Part shown: positions 28,743 to 37,825 of the stretch, one piece after another | How positions within the stretch are numbered: the first letter of the stretch is position 1 | How the letters are laid out: the number at the start of each line of letters is the position of its first letter | Origin: an uncultured Thermodesulfobacteriota bacterium | Lineage (GTDB): Bacteria; Desulfobacterota; S145-22 | DNA: 64,000 nucleotides | Direction of reading: 5' to 3' | Assembly: GCA_964577975.1 (NCBI GenBank) | Contig: CAZOBB010000026.1 | Span: 3,120-67,119, forward strand | Made by a program: the position numbers and the translations under genes | Notes under the pieces: model-generated | What the model was told of the DNA's origin: nothing | Database searches by the model: none | Seen by the model: the letters and a program-made list of their open reading frames with translations, nothing else

Positions 28743-31136
28743 ATGAGCGAATACCTATTTGTGGGAAAGGATATCCCCCGGACAGCGGAGGTAGATAAAG
28801 TAACGGGGCGAGCCGTTTATATCAACGATTTGAAGCGTCCCGGTATGTTGTACGGAAAGATAAAATACAGCGAGTATGCCCATGCCAGGATTAGGCATAT
28901 CGATACGTCGAAGGCAAAGCGGCTTCCGGGTGTGAAAGCCGTGATCACGGGATACGACATTCCCGATGTGCGGGTAGGTTTTCTGAAAGATCAAACGGTT
29001 CTCAAGAAAGACAAAGTGCGCCAATTTCGGGATGAAGTAGCGGCCGTGGCGGCTATCAGCCCTGAAATCGCCGAGGAGGCGTGCGATCTCATCAAGGTGG
29101 AATATGAGGAACTTCCCGGCGTTTTTGACCCCTTCGAGGCCATGAAGGAAGACGCTCCCTTGATCCACGAGGTGGACGCGAGGGGCCGTCCCATACGAAC
29201 GAACGTGCTTCCATTGCCGTGGAAGTTTGAGGCTGGAGATATCGAAGCAGGCCGGGCCAAGTCGGCCTATGTCGTCGAAGACAAGGTTCAAACCACATGG
29301 GTAAATCAATGTTGTATGGGCACGAGTGGTTGTATCGCGGAATTTGACATGAACAATAACCTGACCCTCTACAATCAGACGAATGTCATCTTCTGGGACA
29401 AGCGCCGCATTCTTGAGTATTTTGCCCAGATAGGATTGAAGAACAGCAAGGTTCGTGTGGTGAATCCCATCGTGGGAGGGAGCTTTGGAACAAAACTCGA
29501 TACCGACATCTATGAGTTTATCTGTATCCAGCTGGCTTTGATCACCCGGAAACCGGTCAAAATCATCTTCACGCGAGAAGAAGAATTCTTTGCCTTGCCT
29601 CCCCGGCAACCTGCCGTTTTCGAGATCGAACAAGGCTGCGACAAAGAGGGACGGCTCACCTTTCGTCGGGCCACGGCGGTGTTGGATAACGGTGCCTACA
29701 CCTCGTGGGGAGCCACGACCCCTTCCGTGATGATGATGCCGATTTCTTCCCTGTACCGGGTTCCCAATGTCTATTTTGAAGCCAAGTGCGTATATACGAA
29801 TAACATCTACTGTCAGGCGATGCGGGGATATGGGAATCCGCAGGCAACGTTTGCGGTGGAGACTTCCATGGATCGTCTGGCGGAAGAAGCGGGCATCGAT
29901 CCTGCCGAATTTAGGCTCATCAACACCAACAAACCGGGAGACGAGACGCCGATGAGGTTGAAGATAACCTCGTGCGGGCTGGAAGAATGCATTCGTGGCG
30001 TCAAAGAGAAGCTGGGATGGGATAAGAAACGGGGAAAGCGGAATGGGCGAGGAGTGGGAATGGCCTCGTTGATCCATGTGGCGGGGGGTGCCCGGGTTTA
30101 CAAGTCGGATGGTCATGGAATGATTATCAAGGTGGATGAACATGGGCATGTGGACGTGATGTCGGGAGGCACGGATCAGGGGCAGGGATCCCCCACGGCA
30201 TTGGCGCAGATCATCGCGGAGGCGCTCGGGTTCAGACCTGACGATATCAATCTAGTGTTCGGAGACACGGCGTTTGGATTGTGGGATGCGGGAACGCATG
30301 CGAGCCGTCATACCTTTATCGCTGGGAACGCGGCATTGAAGGCGTGTGCGAAGGTCAAACGCCAAATTCTGGAGCTTGCCGTTGAGAAAATGCCGAAGAT
30401 CATTCAACAGCAGATCAAAAGAAAGAAGAGGAAAGATCCCGATTTCAAAGAGCCCGACCTCGATTTTGACCTTATCTCAGATCCCAAGAACCTGGATATC
30501 AAAAATCGAACCGTCTTCTGCGTGAAGGATCCAGAGAATCCCTATTTCCGTATGGACGTGAGTCGCATCCTCCGTGAAGCGTTGGACGTGGGGACCGGAG
30601 AAAGCAAGGTCGTCGTGGCAGAGGCGTTTTACGATCCTCCCACCGAAATGCTGGATAGGGAATTCAAGGGGAACCTTTCTTGCACGTATGCCTTTGGAAC
30701 AACGGGTGTGGAAGTGGAAGTGGACGAAAAGACGGGGGAAGTGAAGATCCTTCAGCTTTACGCCGCCCACGATGTGGGAAAGGCCATCAACCCAACCCTT
30801 ATCAAAGGACAGATATACGGAGCAGGGTATATGGGCGTGGGGTATGGTCTGACGGAGGAAATGAAGCTGGAAAAGGGGAGGGTAATGAACCCCAACTTCC
30901 TGGATTACAAAATGCTTACCGCGAAAGACGCCATCCCCGTTTATCCGATGATTGTTGAAACGGATGAGAAGGATGGACCTTTTGGGGCGAAGGGAATAGG
31001 AGAGCCAGGATTGGTTCCGACGGCACCCGCCATCGCCAATGCGGTTTACGACGCGGTGGGGGTGCGGATCACGGACCTTCCCATAACCCCGGAGAAGGTG
31101 TTGAAAGCGCTCAAGGAGAAAAGACAAGGAAAGTAA
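28743..31136 (+). CDS. xanthine dehydrogenase family molybdopterin-binding large subunit (aldehyde oxidoreductase / purine hydroxylase-like)
   Basis: The 797-aa protein has an a/b hammerhead plus MoCo-binding domains, including the GSFGTKLD and YRVPNVYFEAKCVYTNN motifs. Confidence 0.85.
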   Translation: MSEYLFVGKDIPRTAEVDKVTGRAVYINDLKRPGMLYGKIKYSEYAHARIRHIDTSKAKRLPGVKAVITGYDIPDVRVGFLKDQTVLKKDKVRQFRDEVAAVAAISPEIAEEACDLIKVEYEELPGVFDPFEAMKEDAPLIHEVDARGRPIRTNVLPLPWKFEAGDIEAGRAKSAYVVEDKVQTTWVNQCCMGTSGCIAEFDMNNNLTLYNQTNVIFWDKRRILEYFAQIGLKNSKVRVVNPIVGGSFGTKLDTDIYEFICIQLALITRKPVKIIFTREEEFFALPPRQPAVFEIEQGCDKEGRLTFRRATAVLDNGAYTSWGATTPSVMMMPISSLYRVPNVYFEAKCVYTNNIYCQAMRGYGNPQATFAVETSMDRLAEEAGIDPAEFRLINTNKPGDETPMRLKITSCGLEECIRGVKEKLGWDKKRGKRNGRGVGMASLIHVAGGARVYKSDGHGMIIKVDEHGHVDVMSGGTDQGQGSPTALAQIIAEALGFRPDDINLVFGDTAFGLWDAGTHASRHTFIAGNAALKACAKVKRQILELAVEKMPKIIQQQIKRKKRKDPDFKEPDLDFDLISDPKNLDIKNRTVFCVKDPENPYFRMDVSRILREALDVGTGESKVVVAEAFYDPPTEMLDREFKGNLSCTYAFGTTGVEVEVDEKTGEVKILQLYAAHDVGKAINPTLIKGQIYGAGYMGVGYGLTEEMKLEKGRVMNPNFLDYKMLTAKDAIPVYPMIVETDEKDGPFGAKGIGEPGLVPTAPAIANAVYDAVGVRITDLPITPEKVLKALKEKRQGK

Positions 31137-31140
31137 AGGG

Positions 31141-31695
31141 ATGAAGAATTTTTTAGGCTGGAAGAGGTGGTTGCCCCTGGTTATCGGGGTAACGGGATTG
31201 ATCATGGGTATAACCATGAGTGGAGGGCATACCATGACTTTCACTCTTGTCAGTGCCACGTTACGGGAAGGGGGAATGATCCCATCCGTCTACACATGTG
31301 ACGGGAAAGATCTCTCCCCTCCACTTTCTTGGTCTGGAGCACCGGAAGGCACGAAGAGCTTTGCCCTGATTTGTGACGATCCGGATGCTCCTGGAGGGAC
31401 ATGGGTCCATTGGGTCGTTTTTAACGTTCCATCCAATGTCGCGTCTTTGCCGGAAGGGGTTCCGACCATTCGTGAGCTGCCTGACGGAACGCGTCAAGGG
31501 ATCAATGACTTTCATAGAATAGGTTATGGGGGGCCCTGTCCCCCGAAAGGCCCTCCCCACCGATATTTCTTCAGGCTCTACGCCTTGGATACGACTCTTC
31601 CCCTCTCGCCTGGGGCAACGAAGCGGCAGCTCATCTCCGCGATGAAGGGGCATGTCCTCGGTGAAACGACACTCATAGGGAAGTACGGAAGGTAA
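31141..31695 (+). CDS. YbhB/YbcL family PEBP (Raf kinase inhibitor-like) protein with N-terminal signal/TM segment
   Basis: It has a PEBP core (CDDPDAPGGTWVHWVVFN...GPCPPKGPPHRYFFRLYALD). Confidence 0.75.
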   Translation: MKNFLGWKRWLPLVIGVTGLIMGITMSGGHTMTFTLVSATLREGGMIPSVYTCDGKDLSPPLSWSGAPEGTKSFALICDDPDAPGGTWVHWVVFNVPSNVASLPEGVPTIRELPDGTRQGINDFHRIGYGGPCPPKGPPHRYFFRLYALDTTLPLSPGATKRQLISAMKGHVLGETTLIGKYGR

Positions 31696-31704
31696 GATAC
31701 TACC

Positions 31705-32538
31705 TCACCGGCAGAGATTCTGGACGAATGCTGGAAGCTGAAAGGATGCGGTGTGAAGGGAGGGGGTGTAGTAACGAAAGGACGTCGTGGAGGGGACGCG
31801 GGAGCTGTCGAAATCGTTGATAGGATCGATTCCCTTGGAGGCGTAGGCAAACGTCCATAACCCTCCGGGATAGGTGGGAGTATAGGAAAGATAGAGTTTG
31901 ACGAGGGGGAAGACGTTTCGTAAATTTTGGTGTATTTTCGTAACCCAATCGGGATAAAAGAAGGGGGACTCCGCCTGGACGGCGATGATTCCATCTTCCC
32001 GCAATGCTTGGAAGGCGTCGTGATAGAAGGTGGAAGTAATGAGACCCTCAGCGGGGCCGACGGGATCGGTTGAATCAACCAAAATGACGTCGTAGGCGTC
32101 CTTTTTTGTTTTGATAAATTCGATGCCATCGGTAGGAAGGATGGTAAGGAGTGGATTGTCCAACTCGCAGGAGACCTCCGGAAAATATCTTCTTGCCACC
32201 TCGATGACAACTTCGTCGATTTCCACGAGATCCAAATGACCTACCTCGGGGTGTTTGAAGACCTCACGGGCCGTTCCCCCGTCGCCCCCTCCTATGATCA
32301 ATACATCCCGGGGATTCGGGTGGGAATAGAGAGGGACATGGGCAAGCATCTCGTGATAGACAAATTCATCTTTTTGGGTGATTTGGACGCACCCGTCCAA
32401 GACCAGGACGTTTCCGTAGAATTCCGTTTCAAACACATCGATGCGTTGAAAGGGGGTTTTTTGAGAGAAAAGAACCTTTTCCACCTTGAAAGTCAAACCA
32501 CTTTTCGATGCGTCGATTTCTTTAAACCATAGATCCAT
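31705..32538 (-). CDS. speE: polyamine aminopropyltransferase (spermidine synthase)
   Basis: It has the SpeE signature (VLVLDG...IIGGGDGGTAREVFKHP...EIDEVVIE). Confidence 0.85.
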   Translation of the reverse strand: MDLWFKEIDASKSGLTFKVEKVLFSQKTPFQRIDVFETEFYGNVLVLDGCVQITQKDEFVYHEMLAHVPLYSHPNPRDVLIIGGGDGGTAREVFKHPEVGHLDLVEIDEVVIEVARRYFPEVSCELDNPLLTILPTDGIEFIKTKKDAYDVILVDSTDPVGPAEGLITSTFYHDAFQALREDGIIAVQAESPFFYPDWVTKIHQNLRNVFPLVKLYLSYTPTYPGGLWTFAYASKGIDPINDFDSSRVPSTTSFRYYTPSLHTASFQLPAFVQNLCR

Positions 32539-32541
32539 TTA

Positions 32542-33015
32542 TTACTCCCACAAGACGACTCCGGCGAAGACGGCACCGGAGCCTTTGGAAACGTAGTCGA
32601 TAGCTTGGCTCATCACATCTTTGAGAGGGAAGTTTCGGACTCGAAAGGCCTCTTCCGCCATTCCCCGAACGATACTTTCTATCTCTTCTTTGTGTCCGCG
32701 GGAGGAATATTCCATGATGACACCCGGAAGGGAAGGGTCTTCCGGAATGGCGACGGCAACTCCCGCGGCGATTCTTTCACCGGGTATATCGCTGAAAATG
32801 GTGCCATAGGCAACCGGGATGAGTTTACCCGGCTGTATCGTCGGTGCGTGCTCCAAGTACGTGCAACGAGGGGGAAGGATGCTGCTTATCTTGATGAGGT
32901 TGGTGTTGCCGATACCCGAAGCGAGGAGGGCGCCGTCGAAGGCGTTCAAGGGAGTCGCGCCTTCTGCGTGTCCCGTGGCAAAGAAAAAATGGTGGTAAAC
33001 GGAGTGGAATATCAT
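32542..33015 (-). CDS. pdaD: pyruvoyl-dependent arginine decarboxylase
   Basis: It belongs to the PdaD family at ~157 aa, with the Ser-Ser self-cleavage region (FFFATGHAEGATPLNAFD). Confidence 0.8.
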   Translation of the reverse strand: MIFHSVYHHFFFATGHAEGATPLNAFDGALLASGIGNTNLIKISSILPPRCTYLEHAPTIQPGKLIPVAYGTIFSDIPGERIAAGVAVAIPEDPSLPGVIMEYSSRGHKEEIESIVRGMAEEAFRVRNFPLKDVMSQAIDYVSKGSGAVFAGVVLWE

Positions 33016-33016
33016 A

Positions 33017-33445
33017 TTATGTTTGAGAACCGGTTATGGGAACGATTTTAGGATTGGCGACCGAGGCGACACGGTGACACTGATTTTCTGAAGGGCTTTC
33101 CACGCTTCCCCTCAGCAGCTCCAGTTTCGTATCTGTTTCGGGTTGAAAATGGTCTTTCAAAAAATGATAGGCCTTCCATGGGTCAACCGTGGTGCCACAC
33201 GTGTAGATGTCGATGGAGGCGTAATTAAATTCAGGCCACGTGTGGATCGCCAAGTGTGATTCCGCGATTATGACTACTCCGCTGATGCCGTAAGGATTAA
33301 ATCGATGAAAACGACTGTCGATGATGGTTGCCCCACTGTAAAGGGCGGCTTCTTCCATGAGGGATTTGATGGTTTCGAGGTCATCAAGGATCTTTGCTTT
33401 GCACCCATAGAACTCAGTCAAAACGTGGCGTCCTAAAGCTTTCAA
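33017..33445 (-). CDS. speH: S-adenosylmethionine decarboxylase proenzyme, small archaeal/bacterial class 1 (pyruvoyl)
   Basis: It has the SpeH signature (GISGVVIIAESHLAIHTWPEFNYASIDIYTCG) and a TTG start. Confidence 0.8.
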   Translation of the reverse strand: MKALGRHVLTEFYGCKAKILDDLETIKSLMEEAALYSGATIIDSRFHRFNPYGISGVVIIAESHLAIHTWPEFNYASIDIYTCGTTVDPWKAYHFLKDHFQPETDTKLELLRGSVESPSENQCHRVASVANPKIVPITGSQT

Positions 33446-33508
33446 TCATGTGCCCTCCCGTTTTTTATCGTTGATTTCTTTCACAAAACAGTGCGCAAAG
33501 TATAATGT

Positions 33509-33585
33509 CTGAAACGGATTTGTCAAGTAAATTTTAGGTATAATCCCTCATTGACAATGGCTGAAACGGTTGTGTAAGTTTTAGG
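33509..33585. repeat. two imperfect direct repeats (CTGAAACGG-TTGT-AAGT-TTTTAGG, ~27-30 nt) overlapping divergent promoters of the speH operon and the PLP-decarboxylase gene
   Basis: Copy 1 is at 33509-33538 and copy 2 at 33561-33585, each adjacent to a TATAAT hexamer. A minus-strand TTGACA-16-TATACT promoter overlaps copy 1. Confidence 0.4.
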
Positions 33586-33599
33586 AAATTTTTCAAAAG

Positions 33600-34979
33600 A
33601 TGGGGGTAGAAATGGAACTTGAAAAAGAGGGAATAGGTTTGTTGGAGGAAGCGGTCAAACGTTTGGAAGAAGGTTTCGGACGTTTACCTTCCTTTTCCGT
33701 CGAGAGGGATTGGGAGGCGATGAAAAAGGTTCTCATGGAGACTGCCGAAAGGTTGTGGGACAACTATCCCTATTTTCATCCTTTGTACGCGGGTCAGATG
33801 CTGAAACCTGGCCATCCCGTGGCCAATATGGCGTATATGATGGCAATGTGGATCAATCCCAATAATCACGCATTGGATGGAGGACGTGCGAGCTCACAAA
33901 TGGAGAAGGAATCGGTGGCGGAAATCGCCCGGATGTTTGGATGGAAAACACATTTGGGACACCTTTGTGGGGGAGGAACCATGGCAAACATGGAGGCCTT
34001 GTGGGTGGCTGGATCGCTCCATCCAGATAGGATGATTGTTGCCTCCGAACAGGCCCATTACACGCATCAACGCATCTCCCAGGTGTTGAAGCTTCCCTTC
34101 CGATCCGTTCCAACCGATGCAACGGCGAAAATGGATGTGAATGCGTTGGAAGACGTCTTGAAAAAAGAGGATGTGGGGACGGTGGTCGTGACGCTCGGGA
34201 CGACCGCGACGGGATCGGTGGATCCCTTGGATGACGTTCTGGAACTGAAGAAAAGATACGACTTTCGCATTCATGCAGACACGGCCTATGGAGGATATTT
34301 CACCCTTGTCAGTAACTTGGAAGAGAAGGCCACACGGGCCTACCGAGCTTTGGAATATGTCGATTCTGTGGCCATCGATCCTCACAAGCACGGGTTGCAG
34401 CCGTATGGCTGTGGGTGCATTCTGTTTAGGGATCCGGCGGTTGGTAAGCTATATAAACATGATTCTCCTTATACCTATTTCAGCTCCCAAGAACTTCATC
34501 TGGGGGAGATCAGCCTGGAGTGCTCCCGAGCGGGTGCGTCCGCGGTAGCTTTGTGGACGACAATGCGGCTTTTTCCTTTGACGAAAGGAGGAAGATTTGC
34601 CCGGATGCTGGAGGATTGCCGCCGGGCCGCCCAGGAACTTTATGCGCGATTGGAAAGCGATTCCCGATTTGTTACGGCGTTTCCACCAGAATTGGATATT
34701 GTTATCTGGGCGCCTCGAGGGAATCGTGTTTCCAAAATCTCACAGGCCTCGTCCGTTTTGTTTGAAAAGGCGGCGGAAAGGGATCTTCACCTCGCCCTTG
34801 CGACGCTCCCTGTGAAGTTTTTTGAGAAAAACCTGGTGGATGTTCAAATCGACGCCGAGACCATAACCTGCCTTCGTTCCTGTTTGATGAAACCGGAGCA
34901 TCTTCAGTGGGTGGACCGTATCCATGGAATCCTAAGAGAGGTCGCGGATGAAACTGCTAACGAGAATGAGGAGTCGTAG
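33600..34979 (+). CDS. group II PLP-dependent amino acid decarboxylase (fold type I)
   Basis: It has a PLP-lysine motif (DPHKHGLQPYGCG) and an upstream GGGTMANMEAL segment. Its substrate is unknown. Confidence 0.75.
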   Translation: MGVEMELEKEGIGLLEEAVKRLEEGFGRLPSFSVERDWEAMKKVLMETAERLWDNYPYFHPLYAGQMLKPGHPVANMAYMMAMWINPNNHALDGGRASSQMEKESVAEIARMFGWKTHLGHLCGGGTMANMEALWVAGSLHPDRMIVASEQAHYTHQRISQVLKLPFRSVPTDATAKMDVNALEDVLKKEDVGTVVVTLGTTATGSVDPLDDVLELKKRYDFRIHADTAYGGYFTLVSNLEEKATRAYRALEYVDSVAIDPHKHGLQPYGCGCILFRDPAVGKLYKHDSPYTYFSSQELHLGEISLECSRAGASAVALWTTMRLFPLTKGGRFARMLEDCRRAAQELYARLESDSRFVTAFPPELDIVIWAPRGNRVSKISQASSVLFEKAAERDLHLALATLPVKFFEKNLVDVQIDAETITCLRSCLMKPEHLQWVDRIHGILREVADETANENEES

Positions 34980-34982
34980 TAT

Positions 34983-35720
34983 CTACTCGAGGGATTCTTG
35001 AAGCAAGGGAAGGGTCAAGAGAGGACGCTCGAGGTGGTAGGTGAGGAAGGGAACGAGGAAGGACTCGATCTCTTTTCGAGCGTGAGAAGGCAAGATGATT
35101 CGCGTCACGGTTTGAAGGGGAGAGTGGATGAGAAACTGGAGGATCCGAAGGGTTTGGGGGCTAACGGGAAGGAAGTGGGAAGCGGGGGAACATCGCGGGC
35201 ATACGATACCTCCGCGGCGTGGAGAAAAGTGATTGACTTCCTTGACCCGAAGGGGGGCGTGGCATTTGACGCACCTTTCAAAGTTGGGGGCGAAGCCAAG
35301 GTGCGCCATGACGTGCAACCCTCCGTGAAGCCACAGCGGGAGGAGATTTTCGCTGATTCCTAAAATATCAAAAAACGAGAGTACGTAAGCGTAAAGTTCG
35401 GGATGCGAAGAGTTTTCTTTCACGGCGGTCAGAAGAAGCTCGAGGATGAAATTTCCGATGGCTATCTTCCGGATATCGCGAATAATAGGTTCAAAGTCGC
35501 GGAGCTGATCGGCTGACTCGATGAAATAGAGCCGTTGCGAAGGCTTCTTCCTGAACCTGAAGTTGTAGATGCGAAAAGGTTCGAGTTTGTGAGGAAACCG
35601 GCGCTTGCTTCTTTTGATTCCCTTGGCGATGCCGGAGACTTGCCCGCCTTCCTTCAGAAAGATTCGAATGATCTGATCCGTTTCGCCGTAGTCGATTTTT
35701 TGAAGAACCAACCCTTCCAT
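34983..35720 (-). CDS. recO: DNA repair protein RecO
   Basis: It has an N-terminal OB fold (MEGLVLQKIDYGETDQIIRIF) and a C-terminal zinc finger (CVKCH...CPRC). The ORF extends upstream to 35957 but overlaps mgtE, so the start is taken at the internal Met. Confidence 0.75.
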   Translation of the reverse strand: MEGLVLQKIDYGETDQIIRIFLKEGGQVSGIAKGIKRSKRRFPHKLEPFRIYNFRFRKKPSQRLYFIESADQLRDFEPIIRDIRKIAIGNFILELLLTAVKENSSHPELYAYVLSFFDILGISENLLPLWLHGGLHVMAHLGFAPNFERCVKCHAPLRVKEVNHFSPRRGGIVCPRCSPASHFLPVSPQTLRILQFLIHSPLQTVTRIILPSHARKEIESFLVPFLTYHLERPLLTLPLLQESLE

Positions 35721-35728
35721 GGAGAGGG

Positions 35729-37096
35729 TTATGCGGCGAGATGGAAGTATTTGAGAATCAGGGTTGCCGTCGTCAGATAGATGAGGATTCCAACGATATC
35801 GTTCGAAGTCGTAACGAAGGGACCCGAGGCAATGGCGGGATCCACGTGGATTTTCCTGAAGAAAGTGGGAACCAATGTCCCCATCGTGGCGGCGACGGTC
35901 ATTGCCGCCATCATGGCAATGCCCACGACGAGTCCCAAGACAAAGTTGTGATGCCATAGATAGCCCACGAGGCCGACTACGACACCGCAGATGCTTCCCA
36001 TCAGAAAACCGATAAGGATTTCTCTAATCAGAAACTGTTTTACTCGTCCGAGGTTGACCTTCCCTGTCGCGAATCCTCGGACCATGATGGAGGAGGATTG
36101 TACCCCAACGTTTCCGCCCATCCCCGTGATTACGGGCACGAAGGTTATGAGTGCCAACATATCTTTGATCGTGACTTTGAAGAGCCAGAGAAGGTATCCC
36201 GTGACCAACCCCCCAAAGAGATTCGTTATGAGCCACGGAAGCCGAAGTCGTGCCACACGGGTTACCTTGTCGTGGTAGACGAATTCCTCTTCTTTGGTTC
36301 CTACCATTTTCATGATGTCTTCCGTGGCCTCTTCGCGGAGAACGTCAATGACATCATCGACCGTAATGATACCCATAAGGTGATTCTTTTCATCGACGAC
36401 GGGGATGGCGAGGAAATTGTATCGTTCCACGATCCGGGCAACTTCCTCTTGGTCGGTATCGGTCGTGACTGAAATGACATCCGTGATCATGATCTCTTTG
36501 AGCTGGGTTTTGGGGGAGACCATAACCAGTTGGCGGAGAGAGACCACGCCCACCAAATGCCCCCGACTGTCGACCACATAGATGTAAAAAACCATCTCTG
36601 CTTCAGAGTTTTCCCGGATCGCCCGCATGGCCTCTTCGGCCGTTGTCTCCTCGTGGAGCGCGAAAAACTCGGTCGTCATAATACGGCCGGCGGTCTTTTC
36701 CTCGTACTGAAGGAGATCCTCAACTTCCTTTTGATCCTCGCTTTCCAAGAGCTGGAGGACGCGGGAAGAAATTTCCTCCGGAAGATTGGAGATCAATTCG
36801 GCCGCGTCATCGGAGGACATTTCACGAAGGATGGTGCTAATTTGCTCCTCCGTCATGCCGCTTAAGAGTTTGAGGCTGTCGGAGATGTCCAGCTCCGACA
36901 GGACATCCGCGGCCTTCTCCACATCCTTAATGAGACCAAAAACCTGTTTTTTTTCAGCGTCTGTGAGGTATTTGATGACTTCCGCGATATCCGCAGGATG
37001 GGATTTGTCAAGAATGTTGGTAAGCGTGACAATCGCTTGACGGCGGGTCAGCCTTCTGACGGTGTCCAACAAGACCTGTGGCTTTGGTTTTACCAT
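35729..37096 (-). CDS. mgtE: magnesium transporter MgtE
   Basis: It has an N-terminal MgtE_N, tandem CBS domains and a C-terminal 5-TM MgtE domain. Confidence 0.85.
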   Translation of the reverse strand: MVKPKPQVLLDTVRRLTRRQAIVTLTNILDKSHPADIAEVIKYLTDAEKKQVFGLIKDVEKAADVLSELDISDSLKLLSGMTEEQISTILREMSSDDAAELISNLPEEISSRVLQLLESEDQKEVEDLLQYEEKTAGRIMTTEFFALHEETTAEEAMRAIRENSEAEMVFYIYVVDSRGHLVGVVSLRQLVMVSPKTQLKEIMITDVISVTTDTDQEEVARIVERYNFLAIPVVDEKNHLMGIITVDDVIDVLREEATEDIMKMVGTKEEEFVYHDKVTRVARLRLPWLITNLFGGLVTGYLLWLFKVTIKDMLALITFVPVITGMGGNVGVQSSSIMVRGFATGKVNLGRVKQFLIREILIGFLMGSICGVVVGLVGYLWHHNFVLGLVVGIAMMAAMTVAATMGTLVPTFFRKIHVDPAIASGPFVTTSNDIVGILIYLTTATLILKYFHLAA

Positions 37097-37119
37097 CTTC
37101 CCTTCTTGTTACTCCCTTC

Positions 37120-37812
37120 CTATTGCGCGTCCATCCTGACGATATCAACCCCTTCAGGGGGATCGAAATGGAATACACTATCGGGGATTTTGGAGGTAAT
37201 GTCAATATCATCGAAGCCAATGCTTGTTTCGACTTCCTGGAAGGTTACCCAAGAAATTTTAAGGATGAAGAGGGTTTTTTTATCCAACGTCAAAGACATT
37301 TTCCGTATGTCTTTGAGCTGTTTGCGAGGTATGAGCTCTAAAACGACGGAACGATCCCCGACTTTTTTGATCGTAGCCGTGAAGTCTCGATGGAGATTTT
37401 GCATTCCGCTCAAAAAGGTATAAGGAAACCGTTTCATCTTTTTTCCGAATCGAGGATCGACCATAACCTGCTTGTCTTCAGCCTGATAGATCCAAAGGGT
37501 CTGGCCATCACTCACAATCAGGACAACTTCCGGTTTTTCATAATCCCATCGGAACTTTCCGTCTTTCCTCAAATAGACGATTCCCTTTGCCTGTTCATTT
37601 TGAACGACGCCGGGTGCTCGCGAGGTTTGAGTAAACTTTGCGCGAAAATTTTCTACCTTCGCGTAACGAGTTTCGATCTTTTTCAGGTAAAACATGCCAT
37701 CCACCGTTGCGCTGTGCAAGGTGAGCGGCAGGAAGAGGAGAACAAAAATAATGAGATCGGCGAGCGTTTTGCCTTTCCGTCTTTTATGAAGGTGTGGGAT
37801 AGATTTGTCCAT
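37120..37812 (-). CDS. lolA: outer membrane lipoprotein carrier protein LolA family
   Basis: It has a signal peptide and a LolA-like beta-barrel, and sits downstream of ftsK as in many bacteria. Confidence 0.7.
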   Translation of the reverse strand: MDKSIPHLHKRRKGKTLADLIIFVLLFLPLTLHSATVDGMFYLKKIETRYAKVENFRAKFTQTSRAPGVVQNEQAKGIVYLRKDGKFRWDYEKPEVVLIVSDGQTLWIYQAEDKQVMVDPRFGKKMKRFPYTFLSGMQNLHRDFTATIKKVGDRSVVLELIPRKQLKDIRKMSLTLDKKTLFILKISWVTFQEVETSIGFDDIDITSKIPDSVFHFDPPEGVDIVRMDAQ

Positions 37813-37825
37813 TACGTGAATTCCT

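Noticed and set aside
27360-31136. Interpretation of the PaaK-like ligase + XDH-family operon as 4-hydroxybenzoate-CoA ligase / 4-hydroxybenzoyl-CoA reductase (HcrCAB)
   Set aside because: The FAD subunit is short (289 aa) with a single cysteine, so it lacks the Cys-rich [4Fe-4S] insertion diagnostic of HcrB. It is kept only as a generic XDH-family enzyme.
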